Notes: generated from the letters alone by a model not told the origin. Numbered from the whole stretch's first letter, positions 25,454-38,154 are shown. The stretch: DNA of 63,960 nt, filler included, from Octopus bimaculoides (GCF_001194135.2; 7 parts of 6 records of this genome joined end to end with filler, not necessarily neighbours in it); one strand, 5' to 3'. Numbers and translations are program-made.

Positions 25454-25575
25454 GCCGCCAGTGGGTGGAATGGAGATAACAGACCTCAACGAAATCATTT
25501 GTTCTCAACAATATGTCTATCCTTCTGGCTGCTTTTCGATAGTTATAAAAACAAGAACTCCAAAAGCTAAATGCA
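25454..25575 (+). CDS. Candidate 122-nt internal exon (unknown protein)
   Basis: cccttctacttcttctag acceptor, A|GTAAGT donor; only one frame is open throughout: PPVGGMEITDLNEIICSQQYVYPSGCFSIVIKTRTPKAKC. Confidence 0.5.
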
Positions 25576-25674
25576 GTAAGTGAGAGTGACCATCAGTGAG
25601 TAATAAGGCGTTTCAATAGAACACCTTTACCTCCGGCAATTACCGGGTACACCAGCTAGTATATATATATATAG

Positions 25675-25774
25675 NNNNNNNNNNNNNNNNNNNNNNNNNN
25701 NNNNNNNNNNNNNNNNNNTTAATTAATTAANNNNNNNNNNNNNNNNNNNNNNNNNNNNNNNNNNNNNNNNNNNN
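25675..25774. other. Artificial 100-bp scaffold-join spacer
   Basis: N44-TTAATTAATTAA-N44. Confidence 0.95.
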
Positions 25775-26084
25775 ACGATAATCTATTTTTTGTTTTGTTT
25801 ATTCCTTTTTGTTAATATTGTGCTTTCTTTTTTACAAATAGGCTTCATTCAATTTTTTTTTTAATATTTCTATATTAAAAATGCAAAATAAAACACAAAA
25901 TCTAAAAATACAAGAAAATAACAAAACATTTATCAAGTAAAAGACAGAAAAGTAAAGCGCTCAGTAAAGAACGAGATGTTTGAGATAACAAACCACCATT
26001 GGCATGCAGAGTTTGCATAAAAGTCGCTGCTTCAATGAAGCTCTTGTTACTTCCTGAAATTGTTGGTGTTGTTGTTGTTGTTTC

Positions 26085-26182
26085 TCTTCTTCTTCTTCTC
26101 TTTCTTCTTCTTCTTCTTCTTCTCTTTCTTCTTCTTCTTCTTCTTCTCTTTCTTCTTCTTCTTCTTCTTCTTCTTCTTCTTC
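26085..26182. repeat. (TTC)n interrupted microsatellite
   Basis: Direct reading; source of the poly-E/R/L pseudo-ORFs. Confidence 0.95.
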
Positions 26183-26339
26183 TATATTCAAACTGCAATA
26201 GAATATTAAGTACACAATATGTAAGACATATAGATAGATGGAATAGATGAAAGGGGCGATAGATAGATAGATAGATAGATAGAACGGTAGGTAGGCAGAC
26301 AGGCTGGCAGGTAGGTAGGTATTTAGGTACATTAGATAA

Positions 26340-26391
<52 letters not shown>

Positions 26392-27049
26392 GCACAATCG
26401 GGCCTTTTTTTAGATCATTAGCGACATCAGTTAAATTGACACAGCTTCAAATTTGAATCAAAATTGTGTTGCAATTTGTCGCAATATCTAGAGGGCTTCT
26501 GTTACCGAGTTTGAAACCGTGACATCGAAACTAGTGCAGAAAAATAGAGTGAAGATGAAAAAAAAATCCAACAACACAAAACAAGTTGTTAACTATTAAT
26601 ATAGTGAAAATGCTCAAAATACATTCATATTTATCATTCAATCAATCAATCAATCAACCATGCCGTCTTTCCCGATGCCGGAAGCGAAAGTTGACAACTA
26701 CGAGTCTCCATCATTCAAAGTTGCAGACCATCTCCATTAACGTTCCATTTCATGCGCTTTTATCTTTCACTACTCATCTAATTACATTTACGTACAAAGT
26801 AAAAACAAAATATAAGTCTCGATGAATCGTCTTCAATGAATCGACATAATATTTACAGAGATGTGTAAATAGCAAGTTTTTCCTTAATCATCATCCTGCG
26901 ATGCAGCTGGACATATCGTCAGTGTTGCATCCGGGACTCTTTAGGTATTTCGAATCTTTCAACAACAGACACCCCCACCCCAGTCAAGGTTGATCGATCC
27001 CCCAGGCCGTGTCCAGTTCGTATCTCCCACCGGTGGCACTTCCCCTTCA

Positions 27050-27117
27050 AGGGATGAGTCATGATGGGTATATTTTACCCCAGTATCACTTTGATGGCTG
27101 GCACTGCTCTCTCACTC

Positions 27118-27150
<33 letters not shown>
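27050..27150 (+). mobile_element. Retroposon 3' tail ending ctctctcactc(AAT)n
   Basis: gagtcatgatgggtata...tcactttgatgg..cactgctctct is shared with 28445-28628. Confidence 0.7.
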
Positions 27151-27595
27151 TTGACTGGAATAGTCGCAGATTCAATATAAATTTGACTAGAATAGTCGCA
27201 AAGTCAATGTGCAGACATCTGGAAAAAGAATGGAGTTCTGCGACATGAGCAGAAAGGTTGCAAGCGTAAGTGCAGAAGTACCAAGGATCAACTCCTGGTA
27301 GACAAAACTGTACTTTAGAAACTGCAAGAGGAGGAAAACTAACTTACCCATGTCATGGATCGACTATTGTAAGGCGCACGATATGATCCCACATTCTTGG
27401 ATTATGGAATGTATGAACCTATTTGGTATTGCATCGAATGTTGAGTGATTGCTTGGAAAAAGTATGGCGAATTGGAGGACGGACCTGACAGCATACGGAA
27501 GAAGTTTAAGGATAGTAGAAATTAGGAGAGACATCTTTCAAGGGGACTGCCTGTCCCCACTGGTCTTTGTACTCTGCTTGATACCACTAACACTA
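27151..27595 (+). mobile_element. R4/Dong-like LINE reverse transcriptase fragment (pseudogenised)
   Basis: EQKGCKRKCRSTKDQLLVDK / NCKRRKTNLPMSWIDYCKAHDMIPHSWI..*..RRDIFQGDCLSPLVFVLCLIPLT, with frameshifts and a stop. Confidence 0.92.
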
Positions 27596-28179
27596 ACACT
27601 ACATATACTTATATATACATACATACATACATACACACACATATGCATATATAAGCATACACAGAAACACATACATATATACACACGCACACATACACAT
27701 ACATATACATACATAGTGTTACATAGATATACGTATATATATAGACATAGACAAAGAATATACATCTCTTTTCTTTTATTGTATTAATAATTATCTACTA
27801 GTGACTTTTTAATTATATTACTGAACTTTCCTTCCATTTATTACACAATCGTCTTTTTTATATCGATTTTATTATTATTGTCTTTTATAATCTTTTAAAT
27901 TTTGACTCCGCGTTCTTGTAACATTACGTCAAGAATATAGTATTTAACAAAGACTTTCTTTCACCTCAAGACGTAACTTAAATTCTGCATTATTTTGAAA
28001 GATTTTGTAGACGTGTAGGTAATTTATTTAATATTAAATATAATAATATAAACTATTTACATGTGTTTAAGTTACGAAACAATTGGTCGTGACATCTGAA
28101 TTTTCTTATTGTTAGCTAATATTTCCTCAAACTAATTCCCTGTCATTTATGCCTTTATATATATATATATATATATATA

Positions 28180-28412
28180 GATGGATGTGTGTCCTTGTGT
28201 TTGTGTTTGTCCATCACCACTACTTGACAACCGGTCCTGGTGTGTTTACGTCTTCATAATTTAACAGTTCGTTCGGCAAAAGAAACCGATAGATTAAGTA
28301 CAAGACTTCACAAAAAATAAGTACAGGGGTCGATTCATTCGAATAAAACAATTCTCCAAGGAGGTACCCCAGCATGGCCGCAGTCTAATGACTGAAACAA
28401 GTAAAAGATGAA
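28180..28412 (+). mobile_element. SINE-B 3' part
   Basis: cttgacaaccggtcctggtgtgtttacgtc...ggggtcgattc...ccagcatggccgcagtctaatgactgaaacaagtaaaaga. Confidence 0.85.
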
Positions 28413-28444
28413 CGGGATGGGCTACTCGACCTGAAGAAAATTCT

Positions 28445-28628
28445 AACTGGGCCCCACCTGCAAGGTCATGCGCTGTTTATTTTGATATGAGATCACCGTG
28501 TTGCACACATATGGTTGTGATGCATGTGCCTGGTGTACCCTTATCAGACGGGGAGTCATGATGGGTATAATGGGCTTCGTATATTTTAACCCAGAGTCAC
28601 TTTGATGGCATGCACTGCTCTCTAACTC
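28445..28628 (+). mobile_element. Retroposon 3' tail (same family as 27050-27150)
   Basis: Shared terminal ~70 bp. Confidence 0.7.
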
Positions 28629-28644
28629 ATACATACGTATGTAA

Positions 28645-28780
28645 CACACTGCCTAAATACCAATCTCGAGAAATTAGGGTTCTCAAAACCAGAAAAGAAA
28701 AATCTGATTCGAAGGCTACAGATCCAATCCATCACTGAAACTGTAATGATCTGTAAAACTTCCCAGAAGTTAATCATTTG
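28645..28780 (+). mobile_element. C-terminus of REL-clade LINE ORF (same family as 38335-39180)
   Basis: NLEKLGFSKPEKKNLIRRLQIQSITETVMICKTSQKLII* versus NLEKLGFSKPERKRLIRRLQIQAINGTVKICKTFQKFSI*. Confidence 0.85.
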
Positions 28781-29779
28781 ATTATATATATGAACATGTC
28801 TGGATATGCAACTATATGCATGAGAAGACATGCATAAAACAATACAGACAAATTTTCACATATGCTTACATACATACATACATGCATGCATACAAAATAA
28901 CCTGTTGTTGATGTTGAAATTCTAATGAAGGCGCCTTGGATCTAGGTTAGAAAACGGATCTTTCTCTACTGGCATGAAATCTTGATATAAAACTAAATGA
29001 TGACATGCATCCACACATACACACACATGCACATGCACACATACATATGTACATACATACATACATACATAGTTGGATGGAGAGATGCATCGACAAGATA
29101 CATAAGAAAATATGACCTATTTTCCTTCTTTTATTTTCCTTCTCTTTATTTCTTTTCCTTTTTGCTTTTTTTTTTCCATTCCAAAATATTACAATATAAC
29201 CATAAAATCGAGTTCCGGAAATAAACAGCAGAAAAGAAAAAATGGCCTTCCAGTTGCATTATTTCTGCGTTTAATTGACTGCCAAGATACATTACTGTAC
29301 TTTTAACAAAGATGAATAGTGATTCTAAATAGACTTGAAATCAAAGGGAATCTTCGTGATTTCTTCACGAAATAAAATTCCTATTTCCTGACAGATCTAT
29401 GATCTGAGACTCTGCTTCTTTCGTCACGAAGAACATTGCATCCTACCAGCCAACCAACGTCGCCTTTGCCTGGTTGCCCGATAAGCTTAACTGATGGACT
29501 GCATGGCTGCTTGTCTGACAGACTGAAACTGCGAAAAAGCGTCAGAAATGTGTTTCACCTGAAGGTTTCAGAACAACAACAACAACACAAACGATAACAG
29601 AAACAACAGTAAGAACAAGATACGAACAACAACAACAACAACAGCAATAATAGGAGGCAACCACGATTCCTCAATTTGAATGAATTATTTTCGTTTGTCG
29701 AAGAAGATTTTGTCAATACATAAATACAATTTTTGAAGATATCTGAACCCAGTTGTAAAATACAAAGACATGAAGGAAG

Positions 29780-30310
29780 AGGAAGATCTCAGAAGTAGAA
29801 GAGGAGGAAGGACTGAAGAGGAAGGAATGAAGAAGAAAAAGAAGGTGAAGGAGAATCGAAGAAGAATTTGTATCAATTCATTAAACAATTGTCATAAAAG
29901 CGCTGTAAGGTCTTCTTCTTCTTCTTCTTCTTCTTCTTCTTCTTTTTCAATTCTTCTTCAGTTCTTCAATTCCTCTTCTTCGATTCTTCTTCAATTCTTC
30001 TTCTTCAGTTCTTCAATTCTTCTTCAATTCTTCTTCAATTCTTCTTCTCCTTCAGTCCTTTTTCTTCTTCAATTCTTCTTCTTCTTCTTCTTCTTCTTCA
30101 GTTCTTCAATTCTTCTTCAATTCTTCTTCTTCCCTTCTTCTCCTTCAGTCCTTTTTCTTCTTCAAATCTTCTTCTTCAATTCTTTTTCTTCTTTTCCTTC
30201 TTTTTCTTCAATTCTTCTTTTCTTCTTTCTCTTATTTCTTTTCTTCCCTTCTTCAATTTTTCTTCTTATTCTTATTCTTCACCTCTGCCTCCCCCCTTCT
30301 TCTCTTCCTC
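29780..30310. repeat. GAA-rich tract followed by a degenerate (TTC/TTCTTCAA) minisatellite
   Basis: Direct reading; tccttcagtcctttttcttcttcaa recurs with a 93-bp period. Confidence 0.9.
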
Positions 30311-30519
30311 CTCTGTCTTCTTCACAAAGCATGGCGAACAACAAACTGACTCAGAAGACAAGTCTTATTCACACAAAGAACAAAACGTAAACCCTTGAAA
30401 GACCGCTTCCATCCGCCACCAAATGCCGTTACCATTAACCGTTGTATTGGAACTGCAATAATGTAATGCCTTTCTCTGAAAGGGAGAGAATATCAAACAA
30501 TCTTTTCTTTTTTTTTATT

Positions 30520-30869
30520 CTTTACTTGTTTCAAAGACCGCCTTCGGGGGTTTAGACAAACAAATCGACTCCAGTACTTATTCTGCTTTCAAGCCTGGCA
30601 CTTATTTTATCAGTTTCTTCTTGCCGAACCGCTAGGATACGCGGACGTAATCTAACCGACACCGGTCGTCAAGCGGTGGTGGTGAGACAAATACAGGTAC
30701 TAAAATACACACTTGGATATACACATGTATATATATATATATATATATATATNNNNNNNNNNNNNNNNNNNNNNNNNNNNNNNNNNNNNNNNNNNNNNNN
30801 NNNNNNNNNNNNNNNNNNNNNNNNNNNNNNNNNNNNNNNNNNNNNNNNNNNNNNNNNNNNNNNNNNNNN

Positions 30870-30904
<35 letters not shown>

Positions 30905-31008
30905 TGAAGCAAATTCACTGAAAAAGTTTTGGTCGGCTGGACGCTATAGTAGTTGACACCGGATACTATGTGGTTGGGAAGCTAGTTTCTTACCACACAG
31001 CCAGGCCA
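30520..31008 (-). mobile_element. SINE-B spanning a (TA)n gap
   Basis: Tail at 30520-30700 and head remnant at 30915-31008. Confidence 0.75.
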
Positions 31009-31868
31009 TGTATGAAATAAAAACAATCGAATGGATTATGTTACCGCTACAGATTTTTTCATTGAGAGATTTTACTGCGTCGTAACATTGCGCCAGGCAG
31101 GTACGGATAAAGGTCAACATCTATAAGATACTACAATACGCAACAGAGAATCTCTCGACTCAACAGGCTGCACTGTGTTGCATAAAAACAAATGTTCATG
31201 TACCGCTAGATAGCACAACCCAATGGCACGTCAAACTAACCTTTTTCCATCTGCAACTTCAATCTTTGTGCCTTCCAACGTCGTTGAGAAAAAAAAAATT
31301 CGTGAAATTTAGCCCGAACAGTCAATAGATATACGATATCTGATCAAAACAAAAGATTGGTTGATCTCGGCTGGAGTGTCTTTGATCAAATATCTACTCG
31401 ATTGGAGTTGATCTGCAATGAAATAACATCTCACGTCCGTACACGAACACACACAGCATACATCACTCTACAGGATGACTGAAAAGTAAATCTCTATTTT
31501 TAAATACTTATAAATTATTTATTAATTGTAATTTTTTTCTCAAATTTTTTTTGTGTTTGTTCATTGAAATATAAATAAAACCTCATACTATCTGGATTTT
31601 TTTTTTTTTTTTTTTTTTGGTTTTTGTAAAAATTACAATTAATAAATAATTTAGGTATTTTAAAATAAGGAGTTACTTTTCAATCATCCTGTACGACACA
31701 CTCTGTCACTTTCTCTTTCTCTCTCACACACACACACACGCATACACATAACCTCGATAACCTCAACTGGGTCTCTCAGCCTGCTAGACATAGCAATTAA
31801 GTTTTCTTTGAATCACATTCTCACAGGCTTTAAACGAATTCATCCGTGATTAAACAACACCAAACACA

Positions 31869-31905
<37 letters not shown>

Positions 31906-32821
31906 AGCCATACTAACATCTCTCTCTTTCTTTCTCCCCCCTCTCTCTCTCTCTCTTTCTCTCTCAAATTACTCACAAAACAGCTCTGTATCATGACGGA
32001 CACACTTTCTTTTGACCGAACCCTAGTTACGAACCAAAAGTAATCTATTTTGAAGGAATGAGACCAATTTATTTCCAAGAATCTTCAGGATTTGCTGAGA
32101 TGACGGCAGGCAAACAAATTTCGGAGACATACAACGATGACCTTTCCACAATTTTCTAAGTGACGAAAAAAGAGAAAATCTTGACAGCCCAAACATAAAA
32201 TCTTTGAAATGGCGTTTCGCTCTTTTCAATACCTTTTTGTACATTAATATAAACAACAGCCGTATAACAACTTGATCGATTTTATTGATTTTTAGTGCAA
32301 TAGGTTAACAATGTTGTCGAGTTCAGATGAGATTAATTTCTGGGAAAGAGTTGATTGACATCTCTCACACTCAATCCCTTCTTTATACGCAGACGGAAGA
32401 AGAAATCACTATATTTCAACATCACTGTTCTGGCGGCACTTCAGTAAGCGAATAGATAAAGAAGAGAGAGAGGGGGTGAGTGAGAGAGAGAGAGAGAGGG
32501 AGAGTGAGAGGGAGGGAAAGAGAGAGCCTCTTATTGATTATTCGAATTCATAGAAGCTGCAGACACATCTCTTGTTAATAACATATTTTTTTTAAAAATG
32601 AAGGAAAGACGACATTGAATAATAAAGTCGTTGGTACATTATTTCTGGAGGGATAAAATTACAGGATGGATGCAGTTGGAACTTTGATAAGAAAGTTTAT
32701 TCCAAGAATAATTCTTATTATAAAGAACTGACATGGATTTGAACAGCAATAACAAGAAGAACAAAACTGGGAACAGTTTTTACAAGTGTCGGGCAAAAAT
32801 AAAACTTAGGTTATCTTTGCA

Positions 32822-32849
32822 CTGAAGAAGGACTTTATCCGAAACGTTG
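32822..32849 (+). ncRNA. Partial hammerhead-like motif
   Basis: CTGAAGA-a-GGA(cttta)TCC-GAAA-CGTT: core, stem II and an AACGTT palindrome are present; stem I does not pair. Confidence 0.4.
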
Positions 32850-33839
32850 AATACTTCTCTAACCCTTGTGTCAATCTAGCGAGCNNNNNNNNNNNNNNNN
32901 NNNNNNNNNNNNNNNNNNNNNNNNNNNNNNNNNNNNNNNNNNNNNNNNNNNNNNNNNNNNNNNNNNNNNNNNNNNNNNNNNNNNNNNNNNNNNNNNNNNN
33001 NNNNNNNNNNNNNNNNNNNNNNNNNNNNNNNNNNNNNNNNNNNNNNNNNNNNNNNNNNNNNNNNNNNNNNNNNNNNNNNNNNNNNNNNNNNNNNNNNNNN
33101 NNNNNNNNNNNNNNNNNNNNNNNNNNNNNNNNNNNNNNNNNNNNNNNNNNNNNNNNNNNNNNNNNNNNNNNNNNNNNNNNNNNNNNNNNNNNNNNNNNNN
33201 NNNNNNNNNNNNNNNNNNNNNNNNNNNNNNNNNNNNNNNNNNNNNNNNNNNNNNNNNNNNNNNNNNNNNNNNNNNNNNNNNNNNNNNNNNNNNNNNNNNN
33301 NNNNNNNNNNNNNNNNNNNNNNNNNNNNNNNNNNNNNNNNNNNNNNNNNNNNNNNNNNNNNNNNNNNNNNNNNNNNNNNNNNNNNNNNNNNNNNNNNNNN
33401 NNNNNNNNNNNNNNNNNNNNNNNNNNNNNNNNNNNNNNNNNNNNNNNNNNNNNNNNNNNNNNNNNNNNNNNNNNNNNNNNNNNNNNNNNNNNNNNNNNNN
33501 NNNNNNNNNNNNNNNNNNNNNNNNNNNNNNNNNNNNNNNNNNNNNNNNNNNNNNNNNNNNNNNNNNNNNNNNNNNNNNNNNNNNNNNNNNNNNNNNNNNN
33601 NNNNNNNNNNNNNNNNNNNNNNNNNNNNNNNNNNNNNNNNNNNNNNNNNNNNNNNNNNNNNNNNNNNNNNNNNNNNNNNNNNNNNNNNNNNNNNNNNNNN
33701 NNNNNNNNNNNNNNNNNNNNNNNNNNNNNNNNNNNNNNNNNNNNNNNNNNNNNNNNNNNNNNNNNNNNNNNNNNNNNNNNNNNNNNNNNNNNNNNNNNNN
33801 NNNNNNNNNNNNNNNNNNNNNNNNNNNNNNNNNNNNNNN

Positions 33840-34755
33840 TATCTCTACATATGAAGAACTACGTTGTGTGGAAACGTTTGTCGTGATTAAAAAATGACTG
33901 TTCAACCGTATTCCTTCTTGTTGACTCTAACTCAGGGGTTTTCAAACTTTTTGACTTGCGGACCCCTTTATATTTTAGGCTTTACCTTAGGGACCCCCTT
34001 ATAAACGCTTATGAAATTTATACATAAATATTTGCTTAAAATAACATATATTTTTACATTTATTTATTTAACAGAATTTAACAAATAGGTTTATTGTCAA
34101 TTAAAAAATTTCGATTAAAAAACATATAAAATCAAATTGCCCATAAAAAGTATTTGCTGTCCACGGACCCCCCCCCCCACCGTCTTGTCTTTGCGGACCC
34201 CCTGTGGTCCGCGGACCACAGTTTGAAAACCCCTGCTCTAACTTATTCAATAATATAGTAGCAGGTGGTTCAGTTTTCCCCTGCCACTTCCCACATCATA
34301 CCCTGACATTATTTTCTACAGTATTTCACTCAGGGGGGATCATTCCTAGCACGAAGACCAGTGGAAATACTCTGTCCCCCCTTGAAGATACCTCCCTTGA
34401 TTTTCACCTTTCTTAAAATTTGATTCCTTGCTGTCAATTCCGTTCGCCAGCATTTCATGCTATTCCATATAAGGTTTCTCATATTTTCTGCTACTCCATA
34501 CACTTCTATTGTTCTTATTATCCAGGAGTGTGGTATCGTATCGTATGATTTAAAATAGTCAACCCATGCCGTGCTCAGGTTTGCTTGACTTCTCTTGCAG
34601 TTCCTGATAATTAGATTATCAATTAAGAGCTGATCCTTCGTTGCCCGCCTCCTCTTTCGGTATCCTTTCTCTTCAATATATAGCAGCCCACTGTTTTCCA
34701 GGTATCTATACAGTTCACCGGTCAATGCACCTGACATTAGCTTCCACATTAGCGG
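33840..34755 (-). mobile_element. R4/Dong-like LINE RT fragment interrupted by a hAT MITE
   Basis: MWKLMSG...TKDQLLIDN..NCKRSQANLSTAWVDYFKSYDTIPHSWI..; after a frameshift QGDSIS.LVFVLGMIPLSEIL..KLNHLL up to the MITE. Continuation left of the MITE is weaker. Confidence 0.88.
33933..34235. mobile_element. hAT (Charlie-like) MITE, 303 bp
   Basis: Perfect 16-bp TIR caggggttttcaaact / agtttgaaaacccctg; perfect 8-bp TSD CTCTAACT (33925-33932 and 34236-34243); subterminal palindrome tgtggtccgcggaccaca. Confidence 0.95.
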
Positions 34756-34918
34756 ATATTATTATTATTGTTATTGTTGTTGTTTTACTGAAAGCAAGTA
34801 AACTGATAAAGACAAAAGACAAACTCTATTCTACCTATCTACCTACCAATTTATCGATCTATCTATTTAATTATCTGTATACATATGCAAGCTTCTTAGT
34901 ATACAGTCACACCTGCGC

Positions 34919-35018
34919 NNNNNNNNNNNNNNNNNNNNNNNNNNNNNNNNNNNNNNNNNNNNTTAATTAATTAANNNNNNNNNNNNNNNNNNNNNNNNNN
35001 NNNNNNNNNNNNNNNNNN
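34919..35018. other. Artificial 100-bp scaffold-join spacer
   Basis: N44-TTAATTAATTAA-N44. Confidence 0.95.
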
Positions 35019-35056
<38 letters not shown>

Positions 35057-35057
<1 letters not shown>

Positions 35058-35608
35058 ATATATTGTTAAAGGCGACAACAGACGTTAAGGCAAGGCAAAC
35101 GTCTCAAATCATATTATTATTATTGGGGAAAAAATTCAAAGTCTTACGGCTGTTTCTGGGGTAGCCCAGAGTATTGGATATTCCGTCATGGCAGACAAAT
35201 AGGGAAAATGAGAGGGATATAGATTAATGAAATGACGACATAGAGGACAGGAGTAAAGAAAAATATAAAGGAAGAGAAGAAACAAGAGGCGTAAAAGTTC
35301 ACAGTTCAACTTTCCGATCGTATAGAAGTAGGTCTGTAAGTCCTTAGATGTAATCTTGCATAAAACCATGTAGGCTAAAGTCTTGAAAGTGTAAATATCT
35401 AGAAATAGACGCGAATATATCCTTTAGTCTTATCCTTTATGTCATCATTTCATTAATCTATACCCTTCTCATTTCTCCTATTTGTCTTCGATGACGGAAT
35501 ATCCCATACTATGGGATATTCTAGAAGCAGCTGTAAGACTTTGAATTTTTTCCCAATAATGTTTGCCTTGCCTTATCGTATGTTGTCCTTTTTAACAATT
35601 ATATATCC
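35057..35608. repeat. Inverted repeat (~180-190-bp arms), each arm with a degenerate hammerhead-like motif
   Basis: Arms ~35057-35250 and ~35433-35608 align as reverse complements; HHR-like motifs at 35141-35196 (-) and 35484-35539 (+). Confidence 0.85.
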
Positions 35609-35730
35609 GCTATATCTGAAATCTGCAATGGCTCCATAATTACCGTCTCGGCTATAACCTGTAATCCGTTACACCACTTACCTAGCGTACCTAGTCGTTT
35701 AAAGCACCTGAGAACTAAACCCCCATATTT

Positions 35731-35763
<33 letters not shown>

Positions 35764-36129
35764 NNNNNNNNNNNNNNNNNNNNNNNNNNNNNNNNNNNNN
35801 NNNNNNNNNNNNNNNNNNNNNNNNNNNNNNNNNNNNNNNNNNNNNNNTTAGAATATTTAATTAGACTAAAGGTGAATTAAAAACTAAGTAGAAGTAGTAA
35901 TATATACCCGCTGACTCGGAAGCCTACTACGAATTCCTAGCTCCAGCCTCAGCTGTGAACTTGAAATCTAACGGATGACTAATTTTAGCACTTGCGCAGC
36001 GTACCTATTGGTTTAGATCATTAGTAAACTAACTCCTCATATATATATATATATATATATATACATACATACATGTAATAAATATATAATTTATATATAC
36101 GTAATAAATATATAATAAATATATAATGT

Positions 36130-36670
36130 GCAGGCCAGCAAATCATAAGTCATATTTAGATATTTTAAACATTGCACGCCACACAAGGCGCAAACAAACG
36201 TGTACACATCCTATACTTCACACCCAGACCTGTAACTAACGAAATCATACCAATTGGCCACTGGAAGGATCGTCCTTCTCAAAGGCTGTAGTTAAAATAT
36301 CCACCCCCTCGCACTATCTGTTGGGAGCACAAGACACTATACCGGCATGACAACAAATCACTTTAAGGAAAGGTATTCACAGTACATGCACTCATTCAGG
36401 TGTCGGAATAGGGTAAATTCCACATCTCTATCCCATTTTCTGAGACACAATAAGCATCGAAATTACCTAGCATCAAATGGAATATTCTTGACTGGGCTTC
36501 TGGGCTTTTCCTTGCTTACATCGAGCTAGCAATCACCAATCCTGTCTCCGTGAGAAATACATGTAATCTACCACCCCACTGTATTCACTAAAAAGATGAA
36601 TGAACTATCTTATTGTTACCACCAGAGGTATACTCAGTTTATGAAATTTTATAAATGGTTACTCTTATGT
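36130..36670 (+). mobile_element. Penelope-like element remnant: Cys-rich linker plus GIY-YIG endonuclease (decayed)
   Basis: CN*RNHTNWPLEGSSFSKAVV / YTGMTTNHFKERYSQYMHSFR..NSTSLSHFL / IKWNILD / CLREKY / KMNELSYCYH matches the CNCR..CPL.G.C..VVY..YIG.T..FK.R..H..SF..T.LS..IKW.IL..CL.EK..N.R.EL..C.H PLE pattern. Confidence 0.8.
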
Positions 36671-37010
36671 AAAGACTGCAGGCGATAACGCGTTCAAACT
36701 CCACTGAGCTACACATGTCAGCATCTTACCCGAACAAGGAATTGCTGCCGCTGAATATATAATGTCGCTGCCTGCTGTCAAAGTGGCGCCATTATCTTAC
36801 GAGTATCCTATTCAAACACCTCACCAAAATATAAAGAAAATAGCTGGTGTCGATTTGATAGCATCGACACCACCTGACCTCAGATGACTAATGGAGGCAT
36901 AAATACCTAGAAAACATATTGAATTTCTTTGATACCCTCCACTCCGAGTATCTAATGTGACTGAAGTGTTCTCTCCCTCTCTTTTTCTCTCTCTCTTGAA
37001 TATACATATG

Positions 37011-37084
<74 letters not shown>

Positions 37085-37169
37085 CATACACGTATATATA
37101 TGTATATGTACATGCTTATATCTTTATGCACATTTTTATAAATATATCTATCTATGTATATACATATAG

Positions 37170-37215
<46 letters not shown>

Positions 37216-38154
37216 CGTTTATAAATTATATGAAAACATAAATGTAGCATCCAACAAACCAAAAATGATTTAGTGACAGGACAAGAAGTTTTCGATGCAA
37301 ACAACTGTCAGTAACTGTTCAATAAAGCGACCCAATGTTTAGTTATAATTGTATGGAAAGTATCGTGACTATGATAATCTGAAGAAACAGAAGTAATCAC
37401 AATGCAACTATGAATAAGGGGTCGAAGCCAAATGTCAAAATACACTATAGTAACACGTCCTGTATACTGGAGAGTAAATGGCTCACAAAGAAAGTTATGT
37501 ATGCCAAAAATACTATTTAATTGTAATGATGTGACATCGAATGTAATTATGATGGGTGTTTAGAAAGTACATTTAATAGTAGGCATACGTATGCGTTCAT
37601 TCTTTCTAAATAACAAACAAAGAAATTCCATTTCAGTACCACACTTCAGGTAATCGGGGATTGATTGCAAAATAAAATTGACGTCACCCAACTAGGCAGA
37701 TAAATTTTTAACAACTTTAGATTTCGGTTTGAATTGATATCCTTTGTACTTGACCACAAAGTTCAACTCCATCATGAAAACTTTTTAAATGTATAAAAAT
37801 GTGATAAGAGCGAGCAACGGAAGACATGTTTCAAAATAAAGATTTTATAAAGGTTTCCTTTCATATTTCGGATTGCATACTATGATACCTGCAGTGAAAG
37901 CTGAATGTTACTAAACTATTCTTCATCGTGACAATACATAATTAATTTGTTTCACAAAAGCCAGGACATAACAAAATCAAATAAATTTTTTAAAAGGGTA
38001 GGAAAAGAGACATTCTATGCACATAGAGAAAGCAATTCAGTTGCTTTTCACATTGAGAAACGGGTAAGGAACAAGTGCAATAGAATAGCGAAAGAATTTA
38101 GCTTCGAATATGTATGTTATCAATCAGTTTCATTTCTGTATTTCTTGTCCATAG

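Noticed and set aside
31241-31290. Minus-strand AG|GTTAGT donor ending TLEGTKIEVADGK in phase 2 (would fit exon 16076)
   Set aside because: No supportable acceptor or start; too short to distinguish from chance.
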